Notes: generated by a model from the letters alone, not told the origin. A DNA stretch of 64,000 bases from Phaeosaccion multiseriatum (GCA_965112735.1 OZ218960.1:3162001-3226000), one strand, 5' to 3'; numbered from the stretch's first letter, positions 52,523-64,000 are shown. Made by a program: numbers and translations.

Positions 52523-53366
52523 GAAACCACTATTTTTGTTTTTTATTTAGATGGGAGTTGTACAAATGGAAATTGGGGTACTGTCAAGGCTCAAGCTTCC
52601 TCCCTTGGTTACTCTTAACTGTCGAGGTGTGCTTTCAGCGAATGGGGAGGAAGCCTGTCGAGCGGGAGGCGGGATCATCGCAGAGGCGTCTGAAAAAAAC
52701 TGCCTTCATTTCTTCCCCAGGGGGCCCATCCAGAATGAGGCCTTTAGCGCTAACTTTGAGGTCACTCCTACCACAATAATAAACAAAGGCACACCTGCGA
52801 AGGGCCTCAAGAGCCGGGACACTTGGATTCTGTCGCAGAGCTGTATGCGCCGCCTTCTCACCCACTCCGCCATCTACGCCTCTCCCTTGCTTAGCTACCG
52901 GCTTGTTGCTGCTGGACCGGGTCAACGCCTCTCTCCCTGGCGCTCCGCCCCACTCTCAAGTAAGCAAGCGCCCTGGGTGACAAGGCTTCCTGCTGATTAG
53001 GGCACTCGTGTGAAGAGTGTGGAGCTGACCTCTGCTGCTGCTGGAGGACACCCTCTCATTGCTCGAGGGCGTCGTGCGGGCCGCTACCTGGCTGGGCCTC
53101 CGCTCCGTCGGCCGTCTCAGCCAAGGAGGAAACCCAAGAGGCCGAGTGCATCCGCCTTCCTTGTACTAATCTGCCGCACCGTTACTTCCCCCCCCCCAGT
53201 ACCTCTTCCTTGTACTAATCTCTCGCGGCGCTGTCGTCTTTCCAATCCTTGCTTCTTTGTTCCCGCCCCCAGTCCAGTCTTTCCTCAGCTTTTTGGGCTT
53301 TGACAAAGGTAGCTACTTGAAGCTGTAGCTTACCGGACCATTTGCTTTGCCTAAACGAACTTCGCC

Positions 53367-56300
53367 ATGGCGACATCAGGAGGAGGGGGCACTGAGATCG
53401 TCAGTGAGATCGTCCTGGAGGGCTTCGACAGGGTGAGATGGTCATCCTCCCGCGCTCAATCGGCCCCTGACATGGTTCTGAGACAGGCCAGCCCAGAACC
53501 AGGAACCAGGCCGGGCGCCGACCAGAACCAGGAACCAGGGTCGCTCAGAACTATGTCAGGGGCCGACAGCTCAACTCTGTTTATTCTTTGTTGCAACGAT
53601 CTAAAGCACCCGCCCCGCCTCACCATCTCACCCTTCCCGCCTTACTGGAATACGTACCACAGATCGCCGAACTGAAGGTCTCCTCCCTTCCCAAAAGCTT
53701 CTCGGCCTTTAAACAACTGGTGCGCAACAAGTTGAAGCTGGGAGGAGGGAAGCAGTCTGGCAAAGCCTCGGGAGGGAGCTTTTTGGTCACCGACACAGAT
53801 CGCCGGGAGATCGACGAGGCAGCCTATCAGCAGCTACGGTAGGTTCACCGCACCCAAGGGCAGATGGAAGGAGCCTTTTGGGGCACTGGAGCCCATTTGG
53901 ACCGCACTTGCACGTGCTTTACTGAGAGATCGTGCAGCCTAAGGCAGTCCCAGAAATGATCCTTGACTTCGAGTGCCATTACTCCCTCTTCCCTCCCCAC
54001 CCTCCAACAAACTCATGTGCTCTCTTCGCTCTCAGGACCGGCAACAGATGGCGGGACGACACGAGCGCGAGCAGCAAGTTCATGGTGCTCAGCGACAGAG
54101 ACGCGGAGCTGCGGGGCTCTCTGCAGGAGGAAATCAGCTTCGAGCCGCACCACGAGGCCCTGGTCGGGGCAGGTCAGTCAATAAGCCAATGAATGTCGAG
54201 GTTGTCTGGGGCCAGTGAAGATGCAGGAGTGGTCTGCCTCAATGCGATTTTGAATGCCTCTGTGCGTACGCGAGCACGCCCACATGTCCGAAACTGAACT
54301 GACCCAAACGCCGGAACTGAGACTAAAGCCGACTATCTCCCCCTCCTGCTGTGTGGCTTGCAGGCAAGGCGCACTTCAACAACGTCAGCCACGCCGTCGG
54401 AGAATTCGTGGACAATTCTATACGTAAGTAGAGCGTAAGTAGTGGGGAAGTGTCGATCAGCCCGCCCGCCCCATGACACGGAGTTTGTTCGAGATTTCCG
54501 AGGAGGGGTGGGGGGGGAGAACAGCAAGAGTGGTGGCGGTGCAGTCCCTGGTGCTGGGCTGATGCTGAGTCTGTCTATCTCTATCCCCATCTTCTCTGAG
54601 CAGAGGCCACACGCCACAACGAGAATGGCAACAAGAAGATCCGAGTCATGCTCAACTTCGCGCCCCCCTCGAGCGGCGCAGACAGCCACATGGTCATTTG
54701 GGACAACGGAAAGGGCATGGACGTCAAGGGTGTCAAGCAGTTCGCTACCTACTTCCTCAGGTGAGAGGGGGATGTGGCTACTGTCTGTGTGTGTGTGTGT
54801 GTGTGTGTCTGTCTGTCTGTCTGTTTGTTTGTCTGTTTCTCTATCTATCTATCTGTCTGTCTATCTGTCTGTCTGTCTGTCTTCTCTCTCACTTTCCTCC
54901 ATGTGTGTAACCGTGCCTGTACGCCTGTCTCTCTTGTGTGCGTCCCTCAGTCAGAAGGCGAGGGGACTCGGTCCTTCGGAGGAGGAGCTCCTCGGGGCGG
55001 GCTCAGGGTACATCGGCAAGGTGAGGAGCAAGGGGGGGCGGGGACGGACGGCTTGTGTGAGTGTGTGTGACGGCCAGTGCCAAGCCAATGCCCACACAGA
55101 CAGACAGAGGCCTGCATGCAGATGAGCAATCGACGCACCTCTCAGATTGCCTGTGCGCTGCGTGCTGCTCCCTTCCCTTCCCTACTCGTGCAGTTCGGGG
55201 TGGGGGCCATCCAGGCGGGCTTCTTCATCGGCGATGAGATGAGGGTCACCACCAAGGTGTGTGAGGCAACGCCTTGACTCGCACCAAGCTTCTCTCCATG
55301 TCCCTCCATCTGTGTCTCCATTTCTCTGTCTCTCTCCCTCTCCCTCTCCCTCTCCCTCTCTCTCTTTCACTCGGGTGCTTTCGCAAACGCCTCACCGACT
55401 TGCCCTCCTCCCAACACTCCTCTCCTCTGACCAAATGCCCATGTTCCATATCAGGTCAAAGACAGCGTCGATGTGCGCACCTTCTCCATGAGCGAGAAGA
55501 AGTTTGCTGAGCGCGCTGCCAAGAATCAGGCCGTGTACAAGGACGCGCTACAGACAAGGAGGGCCGGGGAGGTGAGCGCCTGCAGATGGCAATGGATGGA
55601 TGAGGGGGCGCTCCTGTTAGTAAGCAGTGGCCAGAGCCATAGACTGCCATCCACCCCTTCTGTCCTGACACCTGTCCCGCTGCTGCTGTGCGTCCCCTCA
55701 GGTGGAGGGCAGGGAGCTTGAGGGCGGCATGTTCGCTCTGCTGGCGACGCTCGAGAAGCAGACGGAGAGCTTCACGTACATCACGCTCACGCTCAGGGAG
55801 GAGCGCCTCAACGACATTCGGACCAACAAGGTGAGGCTTACTTAGGCATACGTAATGACACGCGCCCACGAAGTGCTGCAGAACGTTACAGAAGGTTGTG
55901 CGATTTCGTGCCGTGACGTGTGCCATGGCGTGGCTCTTGTCTTGTGCATGTGCTTATGCGTGGCTCTCTCTTTCTGTGGTCCTCTCTCTCCCTCTCTCTC
56001 TTCTCTGACTCTCTCCCTCCCTCCCTCCCTCCCTCCCTCCCTCCCTCCCTCCCTCCCTCCCTCCCTCCCTCCCTCCCTCCCTCCCCCCCTCCCTCCCCCC
56101 CTCCCTCCCTCCCTCCCTCTCCCTCTTTCACACCCTCTGACCCCATTCCCTTCTCTATCTCCCTCGATGTCGCTCTCTCTCTCTCTCTCTCTCTCTCTCA
56201 GGGGCGGGCGCTCAAGGCGGGACTGTGCCACATATACCACTACTACCTCCACCCCGAGGACTTCCCGGGCTGCAGGGACGCGGACAAGCAGCGCCGTACG

Positions 56301-59106
56301 GGTATGAGAAGCCAAGGGGGGGAGGGAGGCGGGGGAGGCGGCACCTTCCTACCCCTGACGAAGGAAGGTAAGCAAGGAGTTGTGAGGGGAGCAGTGGGAG
56401 GGACAGAATGATACGTCAGCGACACTGACTGCTCACCTGAAATGAATGGTCTACAACTTTCTTGCTATCTCCCTCACGACCCCCACACACCATCCCCTGC
56501 TATCCGCTGCCATCCACTGCCATCCACCCCCCTCCAGAGCGGTGGGACATTTCCTTCCAGATGTTCGGCCCTAAGGTGGGCGCGGGCTCGACTCTGAATG
56601 CGGCGGAGGAGAAGCTGAGTCTCAACGAGGGCGGGCTGGAGAGCCTGTACCTGTCCAGGCAGAAGGAGAGCTTCAAGTTCGACATGGAGGTGAGGCGTGG
56701 GGAGGGGCCTGACTGCCACCAACTAGACATCCAACCCGCCAACCAGCCAATCAGCCTCTTTGTCAGTCATTCCGCGAGTAGAAGAAGAGTACGGAAGGGG
56801 GGGAGAGCACGAGGTATAACGGTTGGTGATACGGCTTTTGGCCTGACGCTGACGATCCACCTCGCTCGCTCTGTTTGTCTCTCTCCCTCCCTTCCCTTCT
56901 CTCCACTTCCCATCCATTGCCATCCCATCCCGTCCCCTCCTCTCCTGCTGGCTGTGCATGCGTGCCCCTTGAATCAGGTGGTCAACCCCCTGTGGCTTGC
57001 CAAGCACCCCTCCGTGCCCCGCGATGAGTGCACGGGCAGGGATCGACTCACAGTGACGGGCGTGCTCTACTTCTATCCCTTCGACGGCAGCCACGAGACG
57101 CGCCCCTCCCCGGTGCTGGCCATCGGTACAGACGACGCTATTGAAATCTACGACTCGGAAGATGAGGAGGAGGCAGCCCAAAACGCATCAGCCGAGCCTG
57201 TGTTCGAGGTGTTTTGGATGCGCAGGCTGGTGCCACACTCCTCCGCGCTGTCCCTCAGCTTCTTCCCCAAACTGGCGAGGGCCAAGACGCTGAGTGCGCT
57301 TGGCACTAACTGGAGGGGCCGCATCAAGGGCATGCTCTTCTTTGACTGGAACTACCCCATCTCCAACAATAAGCTCAAGCTCAGCGTGCCCATGCCGGAG
57401 GGGGACCTGCAGGTAGCGCTCAACGCCAAGGACTATGTCAGATACAGAAACCGCGGCATTACGGCACAATTCAAGAGCTGGCTGGAGAAGTGCCACAAGG
57501 AGCTCGACAAGGAGGTGCGCTTCCACGGAGCGCTGACAGGGGAGAGTGCCAAGGATTGCCCGAAGGACGAGCAGGGCCGCTGGTGGGGCAAGGTCAGCTT
57601 CGGGGAGAGCTCCTCAGACAACCTCACCTTCAGCGTAAGTCGGCGAAAAGAGTCGTGCGGTGGTGGTTCGGGCTCTATGTGCTACAGTTACGTTTTGTGT
57701 GGCGTTTGGCCGTACCATGGCGTCCTACTGGGCAGTGGCCCTTCGTGCGGTTGAGCTTTGCCTGAATTTCGTTTATCCCATCCCCTCTGCCTTTACTGCC
57801 TCTCAACCATCCAACCAACCAACCAACCAACCAACCAACCAACCAACCAACCAACCAACCAACCAACCAACCAACCGACGAACCGTTGAATGCCTCTGTC
57901 AGAGGGATGACAAAGTGCAGCTGCGCAAGCCTGCTCCCAAGCGCAAGGCAGGGAGCAGCAAGCCCAAAGACCAAAAGGAGCAAGTCATTCTCGGGCAGAT
58001 CGTCCGCTTCCTGTCCGACGAGAGGGACAGGGGAGGGGAGGGCAGGGGGGGGATGTTCGGAGACGGACACGTTGTATACCTGCGCATGCCCGCAGAGGTG
58101 TACGGCGAGGGCTGCACCGAGGCCCTCCCTCTGGCCTACCTCACCAAGGGGGCCCATCCTAGTGCGCAGGCGTGGAAGGCGCAGATGGACGAGTGTCTGA
58201 AGGTCATGCCCGACAAGCTACAGATGAAGTGTGTGGGGAACAACCATATGGGGAGACTCATGCCAGACAAGATATCAATCGTCGCGGGGAACTGGTGGGG
58301 CAAGGGTGATGGGTGGTTGTGCTTCGTTGTCACTGTCTTGGACGGGACGGGCAAGCCCATTACCTCGGTCGGGGGAGGAGGAGGGGGGGGCAGCAGGCTC
58401 ATTGGGGTGCGGAGGCGATTCCTCCGTGGGCGCGACAAGAATAAGAAGGGCAAGTGGAACTACGAGCCCTTCGGAGAGCTGGAGGACAATACAGCAGCCC
58501 TCAAGGCCCAGGGAGTGTATCAGTTCTGGCACAAGGGGGATTTCCCCCAAGGGACGTACAAGATGCAGGTCACTTTGGTGGTGAGGGATGGAGACTCGGG
58601 AGGGTGGAAGGAGTTGGACAGCCCCTGTGTGGAGAGGAGGATCGTGGTGGCCCCTGGAGAGGCCGAGAAGATGGTGCTCAAGTCGAAGGACAATCGCGTG
58701 AGTCTGGGGCAGCTGAGCCTCCTGCCCGAGATGAAGCTCACCTTCACGGACAGAGGGGACGAACCGGTGCTGCTCACGGACCTCTGGAAGGTGACGGTGG
58801 CTTGCGACTCGCCCAAGGGCCTGTTCAACGTGCAGTACAAGGGTGCAGAGACGAATGTGGATACCTTCTGCCCCGAGCCCAACCTGCTTGACGACGCCAA
58901 ATTCATCATCTTCGAGGAGGGGGACTTTCAGGCCACAGGGCTCAAGAAGGTTATCATAACGCAGGAGGGCGCCTCAGGTCAGTTGGGCAGCCAGGCAGGA
59001 AGCAGGGCGGGAGGGAGGGAGGGAAGGAAGGAGGAAAGGTCAGTCGGTCAGTCAGCCATTCACTCAGGCAGTCGGTCAGTCCGTCAGGCATCCAGTCAGT
59101 CAGGCA

Positions 59107-59138
<32 letters not shown>

Positions 59139-62100
59139 TAGTCAGTCAGTCAAGCTCTCGGTCTGTCAGTCAGTGTGTGTTGGTCAGATAGGTTGTTTGT
59201 GTGTGACTTCCATCTCTTTCTCTCTCTCCCTCCATGCGCCTGCTGATGCCCTCCTCGCCCTGCCTCTCCACTCCACTGCCTGCCTCCTGCCTGAATCACC
59301 CTGCCCCGGGATGGTCAACCACTGCCATCCTCAGGGTCCCAGCCCGCCATGCTGGACGTGAGCTTCAGCATCACGGCGGTGCTGAAGAGCGGCAGGGAGT
59401 TCAGGGACACCTTCGTGTGCGGCTTCGTGGCGGGGCCTCCGTGCTCCTTCCAGGTGGGTGGGACGGCACCGCTCGAGAGGGGTCTCAATCACTCAATCTC
59501 CTCCCCCCCTCTCTTCTCCTTGCTCTCTGACGTACAAACCGTCCTTTGGTCTTGACCCTTCCCCCTTTCCCCACACGCTCCTCGGCGCTCGTCGAGCAAC
59601 AGGTGATCGACGACACTGCATACGGTGAGGATCGCCGGCTGGATAACCAACTGCTGGTGCTGCAGAACCGCACGCTGAGGGATCTCCGGCTCGGCGTGTA
59701 CGACTTTTGTGGGAATCGAACGCCGCGCCTGGAGGACGAGACATGGACGGTGCGCCTTGGGCTGCCATCCGTATCCACCTACATCGAGCAGTCGGGGGAG
59801 GAGCTGGAGGCGTTCAGGGAGGGGGAGGCACAAGACGGGGCTCTCCAGGTACCTATCTGCCTTCTACGGGGGAGGGAGGGAGGGTTAGACAAGGGACATT
59901 CACTCAGTGCTTGTATTGCTTGACTGATTGCTTGATTGAGTGAGTGAGTGAGTGAGTGAGAGCTGATTAATTGATGGGTGGATCTATCTACATTGATGGG
60001 CTGATGCATTGGTGGATTGCTTCCCCATCCGAATGCCTCTCTCTCCCTCCCGAGCAGCTGCAGAGCGTCGAGGAGGAGTTCGCACAGCGCTGCGGCCTGT
60101 TCGGCAAAGTGGAGGAGCAGGTAAGGAAGCGCCTCCCATCCCTGACTGCGACCCACTCACTGACTTACTACGACTGGCTACCTCAGGTGGAGCCCACCGG
60201 TGTGGTGACCTTCGCGGGCTTCGGGGTGGTCATGGACCTCGTTATGCAGCAGAAGGGAGAGGGGGAGGGGATGGCAGTGGACGGGGAGGAGGGGATGGCA
60301 GTGGAAGGGCAGCCCATCAACACCACGCTGCAGGTGGAGCTCGTCCGGACCAAGATGAAGGTTCGTGTATCTGTATCATTGGATGGGTCTATCTACCTGC
60401 CTACCTGCCTGCTTTTGTGCCTCTCCTTTTCTCCATACCAGCAAGCAGCATTCACCCGCCGCCTTCTGCTGCGCTGCTCCTCCTGAAACTCAAACTGCTG
60501 ACCACCGACCATGCTTCCCACACATACACACATGACCATACACACACACACACACACACACACACAGGGCAACGAGATGGTCCCCTTGACGGAGGAGGAG
60601 GGCGGCGGCCTGTCCGGTGCCATCCGCCTTTCTGTAACGCCATGTAAAGAGGCCATCGACGTGATGCTCTTCAAGGACGGTCGTGACTGGCCCGTGGAAA
60701 CGGAAGACCATATCCACGAAGCCGGCTCGGAGGTGACGGGCCTGACGCTTCACGCGGAGGACCAACTGCACAGGCGCGTCGACATGCTTACAGAGGCGGT
60801 GCCAATGCTGGGCACGGTGACCACGACGTGGGAGGCGGGCTGGTCGTGGAGCGGGCCGGAGAAGGGCAAGGCCAAGGGCAAGGCCAATGCGAGCTCCGGT
60901 CTCACCACCGAAGGTACTCTCTCTCCCTCCTCCCTCCTCCCTCCTCCCTCCTCCCTCCTCCTCCCTCTCCTTCCTCCAGTGGAAGTGGTTGGGATGGGTG
61001 AGATTGCTCAACGCGGATGCATCCCCTCACTCCCTCCCTCGCTCCTCGACGTGACTCCCCTGCTCTCTATCCAGGAGCCATCGAGTTGCCTCCCATCAGC
61101 TTCCCCACCGACCTCACGGAGCCGAAGCTTTACAGTGCGTATGCGAGGGGCTAGTGAAAGTGGTTATCACTTACCTTTGCTTGTATAGTGTGTAGTGCGG
61201 ATCGTTGTAGCAGAGATGTGTTATGCGAGGCGTGAGGGAGGCAGAGGCAGGCAAGGCAGGCAAGGAGGGAGAGGCCCATTGCTCTGATTACTGACATATT
61301 CACACCGCCATGTGTCGCGATTCCCTTTTGTGCTTCATATCTGCACCGCAGTCAACAAGGGCGGCCCGGAGCACGAGACTCTCTCCCAACCCGAGCCCCT
61401 GACAACGCCGACAATGTGGATTCAGATAGATGCAAAGCGCATCCGCCCCCTGCTCCTTCCGTGCGACTCCACCCCGCTCAACGACTTCTGCGGCTTTCGG
61501 CTTGAGGCCGCTCCTGCAGACCATTGGGCCCTCAGCAGCAACTCTAGCAGCAGCCGGCAAGCAGTAGTAGAGACGAGTGGTGGGGGCGGCGGCAGTAGCC
61601 AAGGAGGGGGCACCAGCAAGAAGAAGAAAAAGAAGAAGCACAAGAAGATGTCTCCGTCCGAGCTGACTCGGCTCCGGATGGCGACGCTCTCTCCGGAGGC
61701 GGCGGCCACCATCTTGCTGGATGTGGAGGCCACCGATGAGCAGGTACCAAGCGGGCCTCGTTTGCTGACTTACTTGCGTGTTCCCCGATCTGAAAGGGCT
61801 CTTCCCTGTCTGGCCTCTCATCGCTTGCCTATCGCCCATGCTCTGTCCTCTGTTCTACCTCGTGTCTCTCGCCCCGTGTCCCTCTCCTTCTCCATCGCCC
61901 CTCTCCTCTCCTCACCATTCTGCTGTGCTGTGCGGCTCAACAGGTTGGCGACGAGCTGCAGCGCCAACTCGAGGGGGAGATCGTGCTCGCGGATGAGTAC
62001 GGCAACACCACTCAAAAGGGTACCAACTGGGAGCAGGTATGCTACGTTTACACGCACCATACACGCAACACACAAGCAGTTGAAGTTAGCTGACCTCTAA

Positions 62101-64000
62101 TCACTATGGAAATCGATACGCTCCAGAGCTAACACGAAACAAAGCACTCACTGACGGTCCCACGCCACCCCTGTATCACCAACTGCTCCCCCTTCATCAA
62201 AGGAAGACCTTCGTGCGTGTGGAGGGCCTCCCCGGGGTGAGCGCGGAGTGCCCCCCCGGGGGACTGGTGCGGCAGGAGGGCCGCTTTTGGGCCATCCCCG
62301 CGGGGCTGAAGATCACAGGGCCGCCCAGCGCCGCGGAGGGGTGGCTCGTCATTGGCAGCGAGCCGGTGGGGGCAGGTCAGTCAGGGAGGAAGGAAGGGAG
62401 GGAGGGAGGGGTGAGGGAGGGGTGAGGAAGGGAGCGAGGCAGTGAGGGAGGAAGGGAGTGAGGGGTGAGAGAGCAAGTCACTACACGTGAGAGTGAGTTG
62501 AGAATGAGTGAGTGGGTGGCGTGAATGAGCGAGTGAGTGAGTGAGTGAGTTGAGCATTGAGTGGGCTAGAAGGTGTAAGTGGCCCCTTCAACTCAAAGAA
62601 GAGCGCCTTCCACCCCTGCTTCTCTCCTGCCCCTCTCTTGCCCCACCTCAGCCGAAGAAGAGGAGCTGCCACCCCTCAGGGTCCGCCTGCGCTGGAGAAC
62701 CGGCAAGCCCGTCCGGCTCCTGCTGCGCTGCCCTCTGCTGTCCGTCGACGAGTGGGTGGCCAGCGCCCAAGTCAGACTACCTGCGGGCGCCAGGGTGAGC
62801 GGGCTGCAGGTCATGGCAGTGGACAGCGCTGGAAGAGCGGCCTTCGTGGACGAGTCCCCGGGGGGCGGGCTGTCCGTTGGGGTGCAGCACCCCGGGGGCG
62901 CGAGCAGCAGCAAGGGCGGCAAGAACAGTGGCGTAGGCGCAGAGGCGGGGGCGGTGTCGCTGACGAATGGCGGTCAGCAGGAGGTGGCCTTTAAGGTAGG
63001 GCATCAGCATGCATACTCTAGTCTGACCCCTTGCCAGAGCCTGCCTTCGGCTGCCTTCTGACTGCCCTCTAGTGAGTAGCGATTGCATTCGCCCCTCATC
63101 CTCTGCCTCTTTCTGTCGCTCTCTCCACCGCTTCCCACGGCTTCCCCCTCCCTCCCCCACCCCCTCCCTCTTTCCACACACTCAGCCCTTCACCGTGCTT
63201 CAAGAGCTGGACGGAGGCAAGGGCGGGGGGAGCGGCTCAAAGAAAAGCAGCACCCTCACCCTGACCTACTCGGTCGCAGCCAAGCCCCCCCCGGGCGGAG
63301 GGAGCAGCAGCAGTGGCAGCAGCAGCCAAGACCGAGGCGACAAAGAAGCTCTGCCGGCCCCCGCGCAGCTCGTGTGCACCCTGCTGCAGACCAACCGAGT
63401 GACTTTCCTCCACCTCCGCATGCTCTACACGCTTGGCGACGACTCCAAAGCCACAGATGGCGTATCGAATGCAGAGGCCGTGGATGCCGACGTGAGGGCC
63501 CTGGTGAGTGGCGAGCTCTCCCTGCAGGACAGTCGCTGCCTCGCGCACCTTGACGTGGCGGAGACGCCGGTGGACCAGCGCCTGCCCGCGTTGGTGATCT
63601 ACGCCGAGACTGCAGATGGCCAGATTCGCGTGCCGCCCCTCGAGGATCTGCAGCTCGAGCTGACCCCCCCGGGAAGTGGAGGAGGAGGAGGAGGAGGAGG
63701 AGGAGGAGGAGGAGGAGGAGGAGGAGGAGGAGGAGGAGGAGGAGGAGGAGGAGGAGTGTCGCTGGAGGACCTGTACGAGTTTGTGGGGCAGGGAGGAGAG
63801 GGGAGCGAGGAAGGCGGGGGCCTGCAGACGGCGGTGCTGCTGCAGCCCAAGCTGCGCCCCCAGGAGGGGCAGGAGATGGCCACTGGCAAGTACTCCTTCC
63901 AGTGCAGCTACACGGAGCGGAGGCGGCACATCACCAACCCGAGCGGCGAGGGAAACACGCAGGTGGGTGGAGGCTTGCCTTCGTCTCTGGGCTGTCGCTC
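53367..64000 (+). CDS. SMCHD1: SMCHD1/GMI1-like protein copy 2 (tandem paralog; 3' part outside window)
   Basis: Collinear with 37593-48107 at an offset of ~15.8 kb, with the same exon/intron structure and intact GHKL motifs. All exonic indels I saw preserve frame. One acceptor is mutated (CAG>CAA at 62200). Confidence 0.85.
53460..53568. mobile_element. 109-bp MITE in intron 1 of SMCHD1-like copy 2
   Basis: 23-bp TIR with 1 mismatch: TCGGCCCCTGACATGGTTCTGAG (53460-53482) and CTCAGAACTATGTCAGGGGCCGA (53544-53566). Flanked by GCTCAA direct repeats (53454-53459, 53569-53574). Absent at the paralogous site ~37678-37683. Confidence 0.85.

Noticed and set aside
53460-53568. Introner (intron-generating element)
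   Set aside because: It is inserted inside an existing intron and its ends do not supply the splice sites.
37593-64000. Prokaryotic GHKL/SMC defence system, or MORC/Hsp90/MutL
   Set aside because: Dozens of GT-AG introns, and the UBL + GHKL + C-terminal hinge architecture fits SMCHD1/GMI1 better.

Overview
Intron-rich, GC-rich eukaryotic nuclear DNA. It most likely comes from a photosynthetic stramenopile (ochrophyte), inferred from signal-peptide + AxF bipartite plastid presequences and a nuclear Tab2 gene. Spliced genes reconstructed by eye, in order: 7TM-RGS fusion (-, runs off the window start), an orphan exon (-), an unknown TM/coiled-coil gene (+), a coiled-coil/ARM-like gene (+), Tab2/ATAB2 (-), PP1 inhibitor-3/Ypi1 (+), a LEA_2-type membrane protein (-), NADH-cytochrome b5 reductase (+), an Sfi1-like protein (-) and a stand-alone plastid-type 5'-3' exonuclease (-). 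These are followed by two tandem ~15.8-kb copies of an SMCHD1-like gene (UBL, GHKL ATPase, transducer, BAH-like, Ig-like linker, SMC hinge); copy 2 runs off the window end. The two SMCHD1-like copies are near-identical even in introns, except for one sharply bounded, strongly diverged Ig-like domain. Also found: two small related TIR elements (one present in copy 2 and absent at the same site in copy 1), three short DNA words scattered on both strands far above chance, and microsatellites or minisatellites in most introns. Exon boundaries and homologies are manual reconstructions from remembered family motifs, not database results.
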